From: an uncultured Carboxylicivirga sp.
GTDB taxonomy: Bacteria; Bacteroidota; Bacteroidia; Bacteroidales; Marinilabiliaceae
Assembly: GCA_947503525.1 (NCBI GenBank)
Contig: CANNEA010000011.1
Coordinates: 110,547-142,546, forward strand
DNA: 32,000 nt
Direction of reading: 5' to 3'
Under the pieces are notes generated by a model. The model saw nothing but the letters and a program-made list of their open reading frames with translations, was not told the DNA's origin and searched no databases. Shown here piece after piece: positions 20,706 through 29,419 of the stretch (position 1 is the first letter of the stretch; every line of letters begins with the position of its first letter). The position numbers and the translations under genes were made by a program.

Positions 20706-22292
20706 TTAATCTAAAGCATCATTACTTATGATTTCACTTTGAGGAATTGGAAAGAACGAATGTTGATCCAGTCGGAAATAAGTACGACCGGCAGCTTCCA
20801 TTGCTTCCTCTAATTTACCCCACCTGCGTAAATCAAAGAATCTTGCACCTTCCATGGTAAACTCCATGATCCTCTCAAACTCTATCTGATCACGAACCTC
20901 TTGCTGACTCAGCCCACTTAATGCAGGCATCTTGCCGTGCACAGTACGCACTTCGTTTATCCAGCTAAGGGCAGCACCAGGTTCATTAAGTTCATTTAAT
21001 GTTTCAGCATACATTAATAAAACATCAGCATAACGTAATAAAGGAATATTTACGGATGACTGGTTCTCCCAGAACTCACCGTTGGCCGGCAAATACTTTC
21101 GAAAAGCCACATCGCTATAATCCACACCAGGCAACTGTTCATTGGTCCATTCGCCTTGCTGATACCAACCACAAAGTGTATTCCATGTATATTCAAAGAA
21201 TGGCGGATTTAAAGGATCATTGTAAGTTGGATGGTCAAATACTAAAGATCCTACAACACGGTGATCGTAGCCACCATCTGTAGCAGTCATACCTTCCTTA
21301 GTCATAATACTCATCAAGTTATCAGCAGCTCTGATTTCATCCCAGCCGCCAAGATCACCAACGCGCAACCAACGGTGCGAAGGAAACTTATAATAGGCAC
21401 CTCCTGCTGTTATAGGCGAAAGCTGAAGCTCAAATAAGCTTTCTGAACTATTTTCGTTAGTCCCATCAAACATTGATGGAAAATTATCGACTAAAGCAAA
21501 GCCATAGTTACCCGATTCAACAACATCGCGAAACAAGTTTTTGGCTTCATTTAAGTATTCCGTCTTATTGTCCGTTTCTTCACCGGATCTAAAAAGCAAA
21601 CATTTTGCGGCAAAGGCAAGTGCAGCTCCCTTTGTAACACGACCAAGCTGATCTGATTCTCTTGATAAAGGCAAAACCTGAGAGGCATTCTTGAAGTCAG
21701 CTATGATATAATCCCAGGCTTCTTTTCTTGGGCTTAATCCTTTGGCAGCTTCACCTACTGAAGTCGAAACTTTTTCGCGTAAGATTATTTCTTCGAAATT
21801 CAGCAATAACTTAAGGTGATAAAAAGCTCGCAGAAACTGACCTTCTGCCACAAGCTCGGCTCTAATTGCCGGATCAATTTTCTCATCAGTCATTGCTCCT
21901 ACATTCTCAATTACCTGATTGGCATAGTTAACACCTCTGTAATGTCTGGTCCAATAAGTCGACACCTGCGTATTACCAAACTCATTAGTAAAATTCGCAA
22001 TATCGGTCCAGTTAGGATAATTTGCCGCATCCTTACCATATTGAGTTAAGTCGCTACGGTAATTATCTATTACAAATTTCACCTCGGCAAAGGACCAATA
22101 TTCGGTGGCACACTCTAATTGTGAGTAGGCTGCGGAAACTGCTCCTTCCGCATCACTTTGGTCTCGATAGAAATTATCTGAAGTTAATTCATCAGGTGAT
22201 TTCTGAACCAGAATGTCCTCATCACATGATATCATAGTTCCCACCAATACAAAGGCAAGAACAAAATATTTAATGTTTTTCATATTCTTCAT
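20706..22292 (-). CDS. susD: SusD/RagB family nutrient-binding outer-membrane lipoprotein
   Basis: 528 aa with lipoprotein signal GTMISC-DED, starting 20 nt downstream of the susC-like gene. It has SusD-like TPR-rich sequence character (AYSQL, RAFYHLKLLLNF, LLRYADVLLMYAE, FFDLRRWG). Confidence 0.9.
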   Translation of the reverse strand: MKNMKNIKYFVLAFVLVGTMISCDEDILVQKSPDELTSDNFYRDQSDAEGAVSAAYSQLECATEYWSFAEVKFVIDNYRSDLTQYGKDAANYPNWTDIANFTNEFGNTQVSTYWTRHYRGVNYANQVIENVGAMTDEKIDPAIRAELVAEGQFLRAFYHLKLLLNFEEIILREKVSTSVGEAAKGLSPRKEAWDYIIADFKNASQVLPLSRESDQLGRVTKGAALAFAAKCLLFRSGEETDNKTEYLNEAKNLFRDVVESGNYGFALVDNFPSMFDGTNENSSESLFELQLSPITAGGAYYKFPSHRWLRVGDLGGWDEIRAADNLMSIMTKEGMTATDGGYDHRVVGSLVFDHPTYNDPLNPPFFEYTWNTLCGWYQQGEWTNEQLPGVDYSDVAFRKYLPANGEFWENQSSVNIPLLRYADVLLMYAETLNELNEPGAALSWINEVRTVHGKMPALSGLSQQEVRDQIEFERIMEFTMEGARFFDLRRWGKLEEAMEAAGRTYFRLDQHSFFPIPQSEIISNDALD

Positions 22293-22311
22293 CCTTGATA
22301 AACTTTATTTG

Positions 22312-25300
22312 TTAGAAACTCAATTGAACACCTGCGGTTAACATTCTGGTTTGCGGATAAACCGAAGTATCTGTTCCGGTATTGAATACACTTCGTGATA
22401 TCTCGGGATCCAAGCCGGAATAATCGGTTATGGTTAACAAATTTTGACCACCAACATAAACTCGTAATTTATCGATGGACACCTTATCCAGCAATGATTT
22501 TGGTAAATTATAACCTAATTGCAGATTCTTCAATTTTAAATAGCCACCATCTTCCAAATATCTATCCGATGCTACCTTTGCATTTCCATTCGGATCACCC
22601 AGCACAGCTCTTGGTACAGAGGTATTTTTATTATCCGGGGTCCAGGCATCCAGAGTTGAACTTAAGTAGTTAGAACCACCGGACATGTTTGATAAATTAT
22701 AGCCTATTCCATTATAGATTTTATTACCTGCAACGCCATACCATAACATCGAGAAATCGAAGTTTTTGTAGGATGCATTAAAGATTAATGAATATTCCAC
22801 TTTTGGAAGTCCTGTACCCATATATACCTTATCGGCCTCATTAATAACTCCATCATTATTAGTATCTACAAAGCGAATATCCCCGGGAGCAGCTGCCGCC
22901 TGATAAGGATCACCATCGGCATTCACATGCGCATTAACTTCATCATCCGACTGAAACAAACCATCTGTTTTGTACAGATAGAAGGCACCAACAGGCGAGC
23001 CAATTCGGGTTTGATTCGGAAAATGAGAATCGCCCAGGAATAAACCATTTCCATAAATTATCTGATCCGGATTATCCAAAGCGGTCACCTCATTCTTCAG
23101 GGTTGAAAATGTACCTGTAATATCATAAGAGAACGGATGCCCTTGACTTTGATAGGTCAGTTCAAATTCAAAACCTTGATTACGCATAGCCGCGGTATTC
23201 ATAACACCAGCTCCAAAACCTGATGATATTGCCGGAGAGCGATACATCAACAAATCCTTTGTATCGTTAATATAGTAGTTAATGGTACCTGAAATTCGAT
23301 TATCAATAAAACCATAGTCAAAACCCATATTTAAGGACTCTGCGACTTCCCACTTAAGACCGGCGTTGGGCATTAAAACAGCTGCACTACCAGGCCATGG
23401 ACTTTGCCCACTTCCCCGAACAGATCCTAAATCATATTCATTAGTCGTTGTAATCAAGGCTTGCCATTGATAAGGTACAAGGTTACCTTCGCTTCCCAGT
23501 TGCCCCCATGAAGCCCTAAGCTTTAAATTACTTATAAAATCATGACCCTTTAAAAAGCCCTCTTCCGTCAGACGCCATCCGATTGCCGCTGAAGGGAAAG
23601 TACCAAATTGATTTTCTGAACCAAATTTAGATGATCCATCACGACGGACAGAGAACTGGAATAAATACTTACTGTCGTAGGAATAGTTGATGCGACCGAA
23701 ATAAGATATACGGGTATATTTATTATTACTTCCGTTGGCTGTAAACTCGCCACCTATTCCACCATTTATAGTATTAAAGCTTTGATCTAAAAATCCGGCA
23801 GGATTAGTCTCTGTAAGCAGGTTACCATCGTCATCAACGCTATGTTCGTTAATATATCCTAAGGCTGTAGCACCAGTCCAGGCATAGGTATTTTCCTGGT
23901 ACGAATAACCTAAAACGGCATCGAAACTATGCTTTTGCCATTGCTTATTTATCATTAACAAATTCTCGAGCAAGCCTTCTTTATATTTGGCTCTTGTTTC
24001 GTCAACGGAAGTAAATAATACCTCATCCTGCACGCGATCCTGATGTGGAACCACATGAAATGTGTTGTATTCGGATGATGTTTTATATCCGGCATTAAGT
24101 TTATACTTCAACCACTTGGTCAGCTCTAAAGTTGCCGCAAAGTTGGTGGTGATGTATTCCTGTTCATAACTGCCTTGTCTATAATTTTGGCGAGCAATAG
24201 GATTACGGTGATCAGGCATACCCGCATAAGACATACCATATCCCCACTCCGACTCCTCGTCATAAACCGGAATAAGCGGCGATATTTTATAACTTTCTGT
24301 CAGACTATAAAAAGGCGTATTGGTCTTCTTTCCTGAATAAGCAATGTTCGCATCCACATCCAGGATACCTTTCTTCATACCAATACGTGCGCGCCAGTTA
24401 TTTCTTCTGAAATCAGATCCAATCAGCGTTCCTTTTTCATCGGAAATACCACCGGACAAACTGTAAACAATATGGTCATTTCCACCGCTTAAACGTACAT
24501 TATGATTTTGTAATAATCCGGTTCGAAAAACCTGATCCTGCCAATCGGTATCTGCCTTGGGCACAAATCCATTTGTCAGGTATTCAGGAAGTGTTTCACC
24601 CGCATTATCATACATCATTTGATGCACATTAATGTATTGACTTCCATTTAATAACTCAAAGTTATTTATTGAATTTACAGCACTCACGTTGGAAGTAATA
24701 TCTATCTGAACCTCTCCTTTTTTACCCCTTTTGGTGGTCACCAGGATAACGCCATTTGCTGCTCTGGAACCATAGATTGCAGCAGCTGCCCCATCCTTTA
24801 GTATTTCCATGGAGGCAATATCGTTGGGATTAATTTCATTTAAATCTCCACCAATAAAACCATCAACAACAATAAGTGGCGAGTTGGCGCCTAAGGTTCC
24901 AATACCTCTTATTTTAATGCTTACACCAGTACCACCCGGAGCTCCATTTCCTTTGGTAATATTAACACCGGCGACACGTCCCTGAAGACCTTCGGCGGGG
25001 TTAGCTGATGCTACTTTTGTCAGATCTTCGCTTTTTACACTTGCAACTGCCCCGGTCAAGTCACTCTTCTTTTGAACACCATAGCCAACCGCAATTACTT
25101 CGTTTAGCCCAATTGATTCTTCAATAAGTGTAATATCAATTCGGGTTTGATTGTTAGTCAAAACCTCCTGATCTTCAAAACCAATGAATGAGAAAACAAT
25201 AATCTGATCTTCAGATTCAATTCTAAGTTCGTATTCTCCATTGGTATTGGTTATTGTTCCTGTGCTTGTGCCTTTAATTATAACATTCACACCGGGTAAA

Positions 25301-25734
25301 GGAAAGCCGCCTTTATCAAGCACCTTACCTCTAAGGGTTCCACTTTCCTGTTGGATGGAGAATAATGATTTATCCTTTCGTATTACAATAAGCTGATCAC
25401 TGATGGTATAAGTAAGACCCATACCTTGTAAAGCACTTTCAAGCACTTGTTCTACACTTTCACTTTCCTGATCAACCCTTACCTGTTGATTGAGATTAAC
25501 CTGATCATCTTTATAAAACAATGTATATGATGATTGTTGTTCTATCTCGTAAAAAACATCTTTTAAGGTTGTACTGCGAGTTTTAAAACTCAGGTTCTTC
25601 GACTGTGAATAAGTTGATGCTGAGATGTGCACCAAACTCAAAATCATTAAGACTACTGTTAGCTTCATAATCTTCAATTGTTTTGAGGACACACAGGAAT
25701 AGACCACTCCCATGTATTTAGAGTAATTTTTCAT
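22312..25734 (-). CDS. susC: SusC/RagA-type TonB-linked transporter with an N-terminal STN (anti-sigma signalling) domain
   Basis: 1140 aa. STN domain: FKTRSTTLKDVFYEIEQQSSYTLFY...LTYTISDQLIVIRK. It is followed by a CarboxypepD_reg-like domain (LRGKVLDKGGFPLPGVNVIIKGT), a plug (ANPAEGLQGRVAGVNI, PLIVVDGF, IASMEILKDAAAAAIYGSRAANGVILVTTKRG) and a barrel ending GVQLSF. The true start may be Met23 (MKLTVVL..., 25668). Confidence 0.92.
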   Translation of the reverse strand: MKNYSKYMGVVYSCVSSKQLKIMKLTVVLMILSLVHISASTYSQSKNLSFKTRSTTLKDVFYEIEQQSSYTLFYKDDQVNLNQQVRVDQESESVEQVLESALQGMGLTYTISDQLIVIRKDKSLFSIQQESGTLRGKVLDKGGFPLPGVNVIIKGTSTGTITNTNGEYELRIESEDQIIVFSFIGFEDQEVLTNNQTRIDITLIEESIGLNEVIAVGYGVQKKSDLTGAVASVKSEDLTKVASANPAEGLQGRVAGVNITKGNGAPGGTGVSIKIRGIGTLGANSPLIVVDGFIGGDLNEINPNDIASMEILKDGAAAAIYGSRAANGVILVTTKRGKKGEVQIDITSNVSAVNSINNFELLNGSQYINVHQMMYDNAGETLPEYLTNGFVPKADTDWQDQVFRTGLLQNHNVRLSGGNDHIVYSLSGGISDEKGTLIGSDFRRNNWRARIGMKKGILDVDANIAYSGKKTNTPFYSLTESYKISPLIPVYDEESEWGYGMSYAGMPDHRNPIARQNYRQGSYEQEYITTNFAATLELTKWLKYKLNAGYKTSSEYNTFHVVPHQDRVQDEVLFTSVDETRAKYKEGLLENLLMINKQWQKHSFDAVLGYSYQENTYAWTGATALGYINEHSVDDDGNLLTETNPAGFLDQSFNTINGGIGGEFTANGSNNKYTRISYFGRINYSYDSKYLFQFSVRRDGSSKFGSENQFGTFPSAAIGWRLTEEGFLKGHDFISNLKLRASWGQLGSEGNLVPYQWQALITTTNEYDLGSVRGSGQSPWPGSAAVLMPNAGLKWEVAESLNMGFDYGFIDNRISGTINYYINDTKDLLMYRSPAISSGFGAGVMNTAAMRNQGFEFELTYQSQGHPFSYDITGTFSTLKNEVTALDNPDQIIYGNGLFLGDSHFPNQTRIGSPVGAFYLYKTDGLFQSDDEVNAHVNADGDPYQAAAAPGDIRFVDTNNDGVINEADKVYMGTGLPKVEYSLIFNASYKNFDFSMLWYGVAGNKIYNGIGYNLSNMSGGSNYLSSTLDAWTPDNKNTSVPRAVLGDPNGNAKVASDRYLEDGGYLKLKNLQLGYNLPKSLLDKVSIDKLRVYVGGQNLLTITDYSGLDPEISRSVFNTGTDTSVYPQTRMLTAGVQLSF

Positions 25735-25747
25735 AAATTTGTGCGAT

Positions 25748-25816
25748 TACTTTTAAACTTGTTTTAAAATTATTCTGAACCGGAGGGATGTTGCCGCATC
25801 TTTCCGGTTGTTTTTT
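25748..25816 (+). ncRNA. Candidate ~70-nt cis-antisense sRNA opposite the susC 5' leader (DonS-like arrangement)
   Basis: The plus-strand box taaatttg (TAaaTTTG) at 25734-25741 would place a start near 25748. The only plus-strand terminator nearby ends at 25816. No plus-strand ORF exists here. The 5' end is inferred, not observed. Confidence 0.35.
25778..25816 (+). terminator. Strong plus-strand intrinsic terminator, antisense to the PUL, in the fecR-susC spacer
   Basis: 13-bp stem 25778-25790 / 25797-25809 (aaccggagggatg / catctttccggtt, including two G.U pairs) with loop ttgccg, then g plus tttttt (25811-25816). On the minus strand the G.U pairs become A/C mismatches and no U-tract follows, so the element is orientation-specific for the plus strand. 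Confidence 0.65.
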
Positions 25817-25847
25817 AGTTAGCTTTTCTTCCTTATATCATAGGCAT

Positions 25848-26825
25848 CTACTTTTTTAAGGTTATAAATACTTTTCTATGTTCGGTTGTGTATTCAACAG
25901 GAGTAGTCATTCGTATGGCATCAAATGCCTGCCAAACTGTTTCTTCATTCCTGAATTTCCCGGTATATGTCAAATCTTTAAACCTTTCCTTGTCGAAAAT
26001 AATGCTTACGTCATACCATTTTTCCAGTCGGGTCATTAACTCATGAAACGGGATATTTTCAAAATAAAACTCATTATTTACCCACATGGTCTCCAAATCT
26101 AAATTGGCTCTTTGTAACTTTAGTCTGTTATCTTTAAATGTGGCCTTCTGCCCCGGTTTCAATATCACACCATCACCCGATTCATAACCCTTTCGGTACA
26201 ACTGCACTTTACCATCCACAAGAGTCGTTTCAATCCGATCAAATTCGGGATAAGCCAATACATTAAATTGAGTTCCCAGAACTTTTACTTCTAATTCATC
26301 AACTGAAACAATGAAAGGATGATCAGAATGGTGCACCACATCAAAATAGGCCTCACCCACCAAGGCTACATCTCTGCTAGCTTTAGCAAAACTAGTTGGG
26401 TAGGTTAATTCTGAACCGGCATTTAAAATCACATTGGTACCATCCGGAAGTTTTAAAGAAGATTTTGAACCATAAGGAACCGTAATGGTAGCATATTGTA
26501 TTTGTTCCTCCTCGGGACTAAAGAAAAAATGGCCTGCCAATAATGCAAGTAAAGCAACAGCAGCAAACTTAGCTAATTCAATTCCTATTTTTCTTAAAGG
26601 ACTTACTGTTAGCTTTGATTTTGTAAACCTTTTCCATTCATCAATTGCCCCTTCCTTTGCTTGCTCAAGAGGCAAGGCATCCCACACATCTTTAAATTCG
26701 TAATAATGCTTTTGATTTTCTTCTGATTCATTGAGCCAATCCTTTAATCGTGATAAATCAGACTCACTCGCCGATTGATCTAAACATCGAATAATAATTT
26801 GCTCTATTTCATTTAATTCTTCCAT
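25848..26825 (-). CDS. FecR family anti-sigma factor (FecR plus DUF4974 domains)
   Basis: 325 aa with a cytoplasmic N-domain, one TM segment (LAKFAAVALLALLAGHFFF) and a periplasmic FecR domain (LPDGTNVILNAGSELTY...GEAYFDV). The C-terminal part (FENIPFHELMTRLEKWYDV) is typical of PUL anti-sigma factors. Confidence 0.9.
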   Translation of the reverse strand: MEELNEIEQIIIRCLDQSASESDLSRLKDWLNESEENQKHYYEFKDVWDALPLEQAKEGAIDEWKRFTKSKLTVSPLRKIGIELAKFAAVALLALLAGHFFFSPEEEQIQYATITVPYGSKSSLKLPDGTNVILNAGSELTYPTSFAKASRDVALVGEAYFDVVHHSDHPFIVSVDELEVKVLGTQFNVLAYPEFDRIETTLVDGKVQLYRKGYESGDGVILKPGQKATFKDNRLKLQRANLDLETMWVNNEFYFENIPFHELMTRLEKWYDVSIIFDKERFKDLTYTGKFRNEETVWQAFDAIRMTTPVEYTTEHRKVFITLKK

Positions 26826-26895
26826 CTGTCATTTTGAAAACTTATATGCTTGACAGATCAGCTTGAATAACTACGTCAGAATCTTCAGCTTTTTT

Positions 26896-27435
26896 TTATT
26901 TTTTTCTTTGAGGCACAGCAAACACATCACGTAAGCGATTAATGGCTCGATAAATACGTGTTTCAACGGTGCGAAGTGGGATATTCAATTTTTCCGATAT
27001 TTCCTTATTCTTTAATTCTTTCAAACGGCTCAATTCAAGAATCACCTTATAGTCATCGGGTAATTGTGATAAGGCCTCATGAAGGGTATTAAGCGCTTCC
27101 TTTTGAATTAAACTTTGCTCGCCATTAAAGTAATCCAATTCCTTTTCCTTTAATTCCAAATGGATGACTTCATGGTGCCTGCCTCGCAGTTTTAACTGTT
27201 CGATATAGTTTAAACTAAGGTTATGAATTGTACGGTACAGGTATGCCTTAACTGATGTTTTTATCATTAAGTCATCCCTTTGTTCCCAAAGTTTAGCAAA
27301 GGCCTCCTGTACGATGTCATTAGCCACCTCTTGCTGTCGAACAAACTTTAAAGCATACAGTAGTAAAGATCGATGGTGTTCTTTAAAGAACCTTTCGAAC
27401 TCATTTACATTAGCCAGTTTTAAGCCCTCTGACAT
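26896..27435 (-). CDS. ECF-type RNA polymerase sigma-70 family factor
   Basis: 179 aa with region 2 (LLLYALKFVRQQEVANDIVQEAFAKLW) and the region 4 helix-turn-helix (NKEISEKLNIPLRTVETRIYRAINRLR). It sits directly upstream of fecR. Confidence 0.9.
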   Translation of the reverse strand: MSEGLKLANVNEFERFFKEHHRSLLLYALKFVRQQEVANDIVQEAFAKLWEQRDDLMIKTSVKAYLYRTIHNLSLNYIEQLKLRGRHHEVIHLELKEKELDYFNGEQSLIQKEALNTLHEALSQLPDDYKVILELSRLKELKNKEISEKLNIPLRTVETRIYRAINRLRDVFAVPQRKK

Positions 27436-27450
27436 TCTCTTTAAACCTAT

Positions 27451-29250
27451 TTAATCCTTTGGAATTCGTTTTTCATCAGGGAATCGAACACGGTATTCTT
27501 TCCAAAAAGATTTTACCTCATCTTTCATTTCACGATGCAAGAATAACAGTCCAATAAGGTTAGGAATGGTCATCAAGGCTATTGTAATTCCGGATAGTGT
27601 CCAAATAATGGTAGTATCCACAAAAGAGGCCAGAAAGAAGCCCAATACATAAATCATGTGATACCAAATCACGGCCTTAGGGCCGAACAAATAGGTTACT
27701 GCCCTATCGCCATAGTACGACCATGAAATAGCAGTAGAAAAAGCAAATAACAACAGGCCAATGGAAACAATATATTGGCCCCATTTACCAAACCAACCTT
27801 TTGTAAATGCAACAGTAGTCAAAGGAGCACTATGCACCAGTGATTTTCCGACAATTGATAATTGATTATTACCGGAGGAAGAGAATTGTTCTTTGATCCG
27901 TTGCATTAAACCACTCTCTTTAGATTTAATTTGCGGCACTCCCTTGCTGACTTTTATGGAACCGTTATACAATTCCGTTCCTTGTTTAACTTGTACATCT
28001 TCGGCCAAAGAGCGAGCATGAATCAGCTTTACTTCATTTGTTATTATCCCATTCTCAACTAATAGTTCTCCACTGAATAGCGGTAAGCTTTCTTCACCAC
28101 TAATGTGTTTGGCTAAATTGACACGGCCTTCTTCTGTTTTATCTTCATACTGCATACCTTGCAATACCTGCATATCGGCAATTTGAAAACGGTTATCCAA
28201 TTTCTCGTTCCAAACCCCCGAAGCCAATAAGGTTAAACCGGTGAGCGTACATATTAGTATGGTATCAATAAATGGTTCTAAAAGTGCAACCAAACCTTCG
28301 GATACCGGCTCATGCGCTCGGGCTGCGGCATGTGCAATAGGGGCAGATCCCTGACCTGCTTCATTAGAGAATAATCCACGGTTAACACCCCTGTTAAAAG
28401 CAAAAGCAATTGTTGCGCCCAGAAATCCTCCTGTTGCAGAAGAACCGGTAAATATATCTGCAAAAATAGCCTGAATAGAAGGCCATATGTTTTCGTAATT
28501 ATAAGCTATTACCGAGATGGCTCCAATAAAGTACAACAAAGCCATGGCAGGTACCAGTGTTGAAGTCACTTTTGCAATTCGCTTAATTCCACCAATAATG
28601 ACAAAACCCAATAAAATAGCCAGGACAAAGCCGGTTACCATATGTGGGAATCCAAAGGTGGCAAAAATTGAATTTGATATACTATTGATCTGTGGTAAAC
28701 TACCTGTACCGAATGAAGAAAGCACAGTAGCCAATGCAAAAACGATGGCAATCCATTTACCTGTGTTCAGCATTTTACCTGACGACAATTTAATATTAAG
28801 TCGTTTCTTCATAAAATACATTGGTCCACCGGCAATTGAACCATCGGCCACTTTCTCGCGATATTTGTGTGATAAGGTCACCTCAACGAACTTGGTGGTC
28901 ATACCCAGCATAGCGGTCACCAGCATCCAAAACAAAGCGGCAGGACCACCCATATGTACCGCCAATGCCACACCGGCAATATTACCCGTTCCAACCGTAC
29001 CGGATAGTGCCGTTGTTAAAGCCTGAAAATGTGTTGTATCGCCTTCATCTCCTTCTCTATCAAATTTACCCTGAACGATACGAATGGCATATTTAAAGAA
29101 GCGTATTTGAGGAAACTTTAAATAGATGGTAAAAAAGATACCAGTCCCTAATAAGAGCCACACAAACCAAAGGTGACTGCCAATATAAGAATCAATTAAC
29201 TTTAATATTTCATTCAGTTCTTGCATAGTAATAGATATCGAATTGAGCAA
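27451..29250 (-). CDS. Alanine/glycine:cation symporter (AGCS) family transporter with a ~125-aa internal insertion
   Basis: 599 aa with AGCS hallmarks [26 protein letters not shown]-like [26 protein letters not shown] and [13 protein letters not shown]. Residues ~348-472 (27835-28209) are hydrophilic and non-membrane, and have no counterpart in the ~450-480-aa family members I know. Confidence 0.88.
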   Translation of the reverse strand: MLNSISITMQELNEILKLIDSYIGSHLWFVWLLLGTGIFFTIYLKFPQIRFFKYAIRIVQGKFDREGDEGDTTHFQALTTALSGTVGTGNIAGVALAVHMGGPAALFWMLVTAMLGMTTKFVEVTLSHKYREKVADGSIAGGPMYFMKKRLNIKLSSGKMLNTGKWIAIVFALATVLSSFGTGSLPQINSISNSIFATFGFPHMVTGFVLAILLGFVIIGGIKRIAKVTSTLVPAMALLYFIGAISVIAYNYENIWPSIQAIFADIFTGSSATGGFLGATIAFAFNRGVNRGLFSNEAGQGSAPIAHAAARAHEPVSEGLVALLEPFIDTILICTLTGLTLLASGVWNEKLDNRFQIADMQVLQGMQYEDKTEEGRVNLAKHISGEESLPLFSGELLVENGIITNEVKLIHARSLAEDVQVKQGTELYNGSIKVSKGVPQIKSKESGLMQRIKEQFSSSGNNQLSIVGKSLVHSAPLTTVAFTKGWFGKWGQYIVSIGLLLFAFSTAISWSYYGDRAVTYLFGPKAVIWYHMIYVLGFFLASFVDTTIIWTLSGITIALMTIPNLIGLLFLHREMKDEVKSFWKEYRVRFPDEKRIPKD

Positions 29251-29393
29251 AAAGTGTTAAAGAATGCTAAGAAAAGAAATTTTTATTCGAATAATTCGTG
29301 TTTTGCTCATTTTAATTTCAAAAAAGACTTTTTGAAAAACTTGTGCATATCCAATTTTACATATGATTTATGTATTTTTTTTACACAAAAAAC

Positions 29394-29401
29394 TATCTTT
29401 G
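29394..29401 (+). promoter_or_regulatory. Candidate -7 promoter box (TAtcTTTG) for the histidine kinase gene
   Basis: tatctttg at 29394-29401 ends 18 nt upstream of the ATG at 29420. It lies inside the longer ORF-track model, which starts at 29363. Confidence 0.4.
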
Positions 29402-29419
29402 CTCACCACAATCCCTATC

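Noticed and set aside
28517-29026. 169-aa plus-strand ORF inside the AGCS transporter gene; also 28278-28463 on the minus strand
   Set aside because: It is antisense or out of frame relative to a gene with unmistakable AGCS motifs. This is the typical shadow ORF of a membrane-protein gene.
29283-29337. AT-rich palindromes in the divergent AGCS/histidine-kinase promoter region (TTATTCGAATAA at 29283-29294; 9-bp A/T hairpin at 29316-29337)
   Set aside because: They are composed almost entirely of A/T runs in an AT-rich promoter region, where such symmetry arises easily. I recorded them but do not consider them evidence of a specific site.
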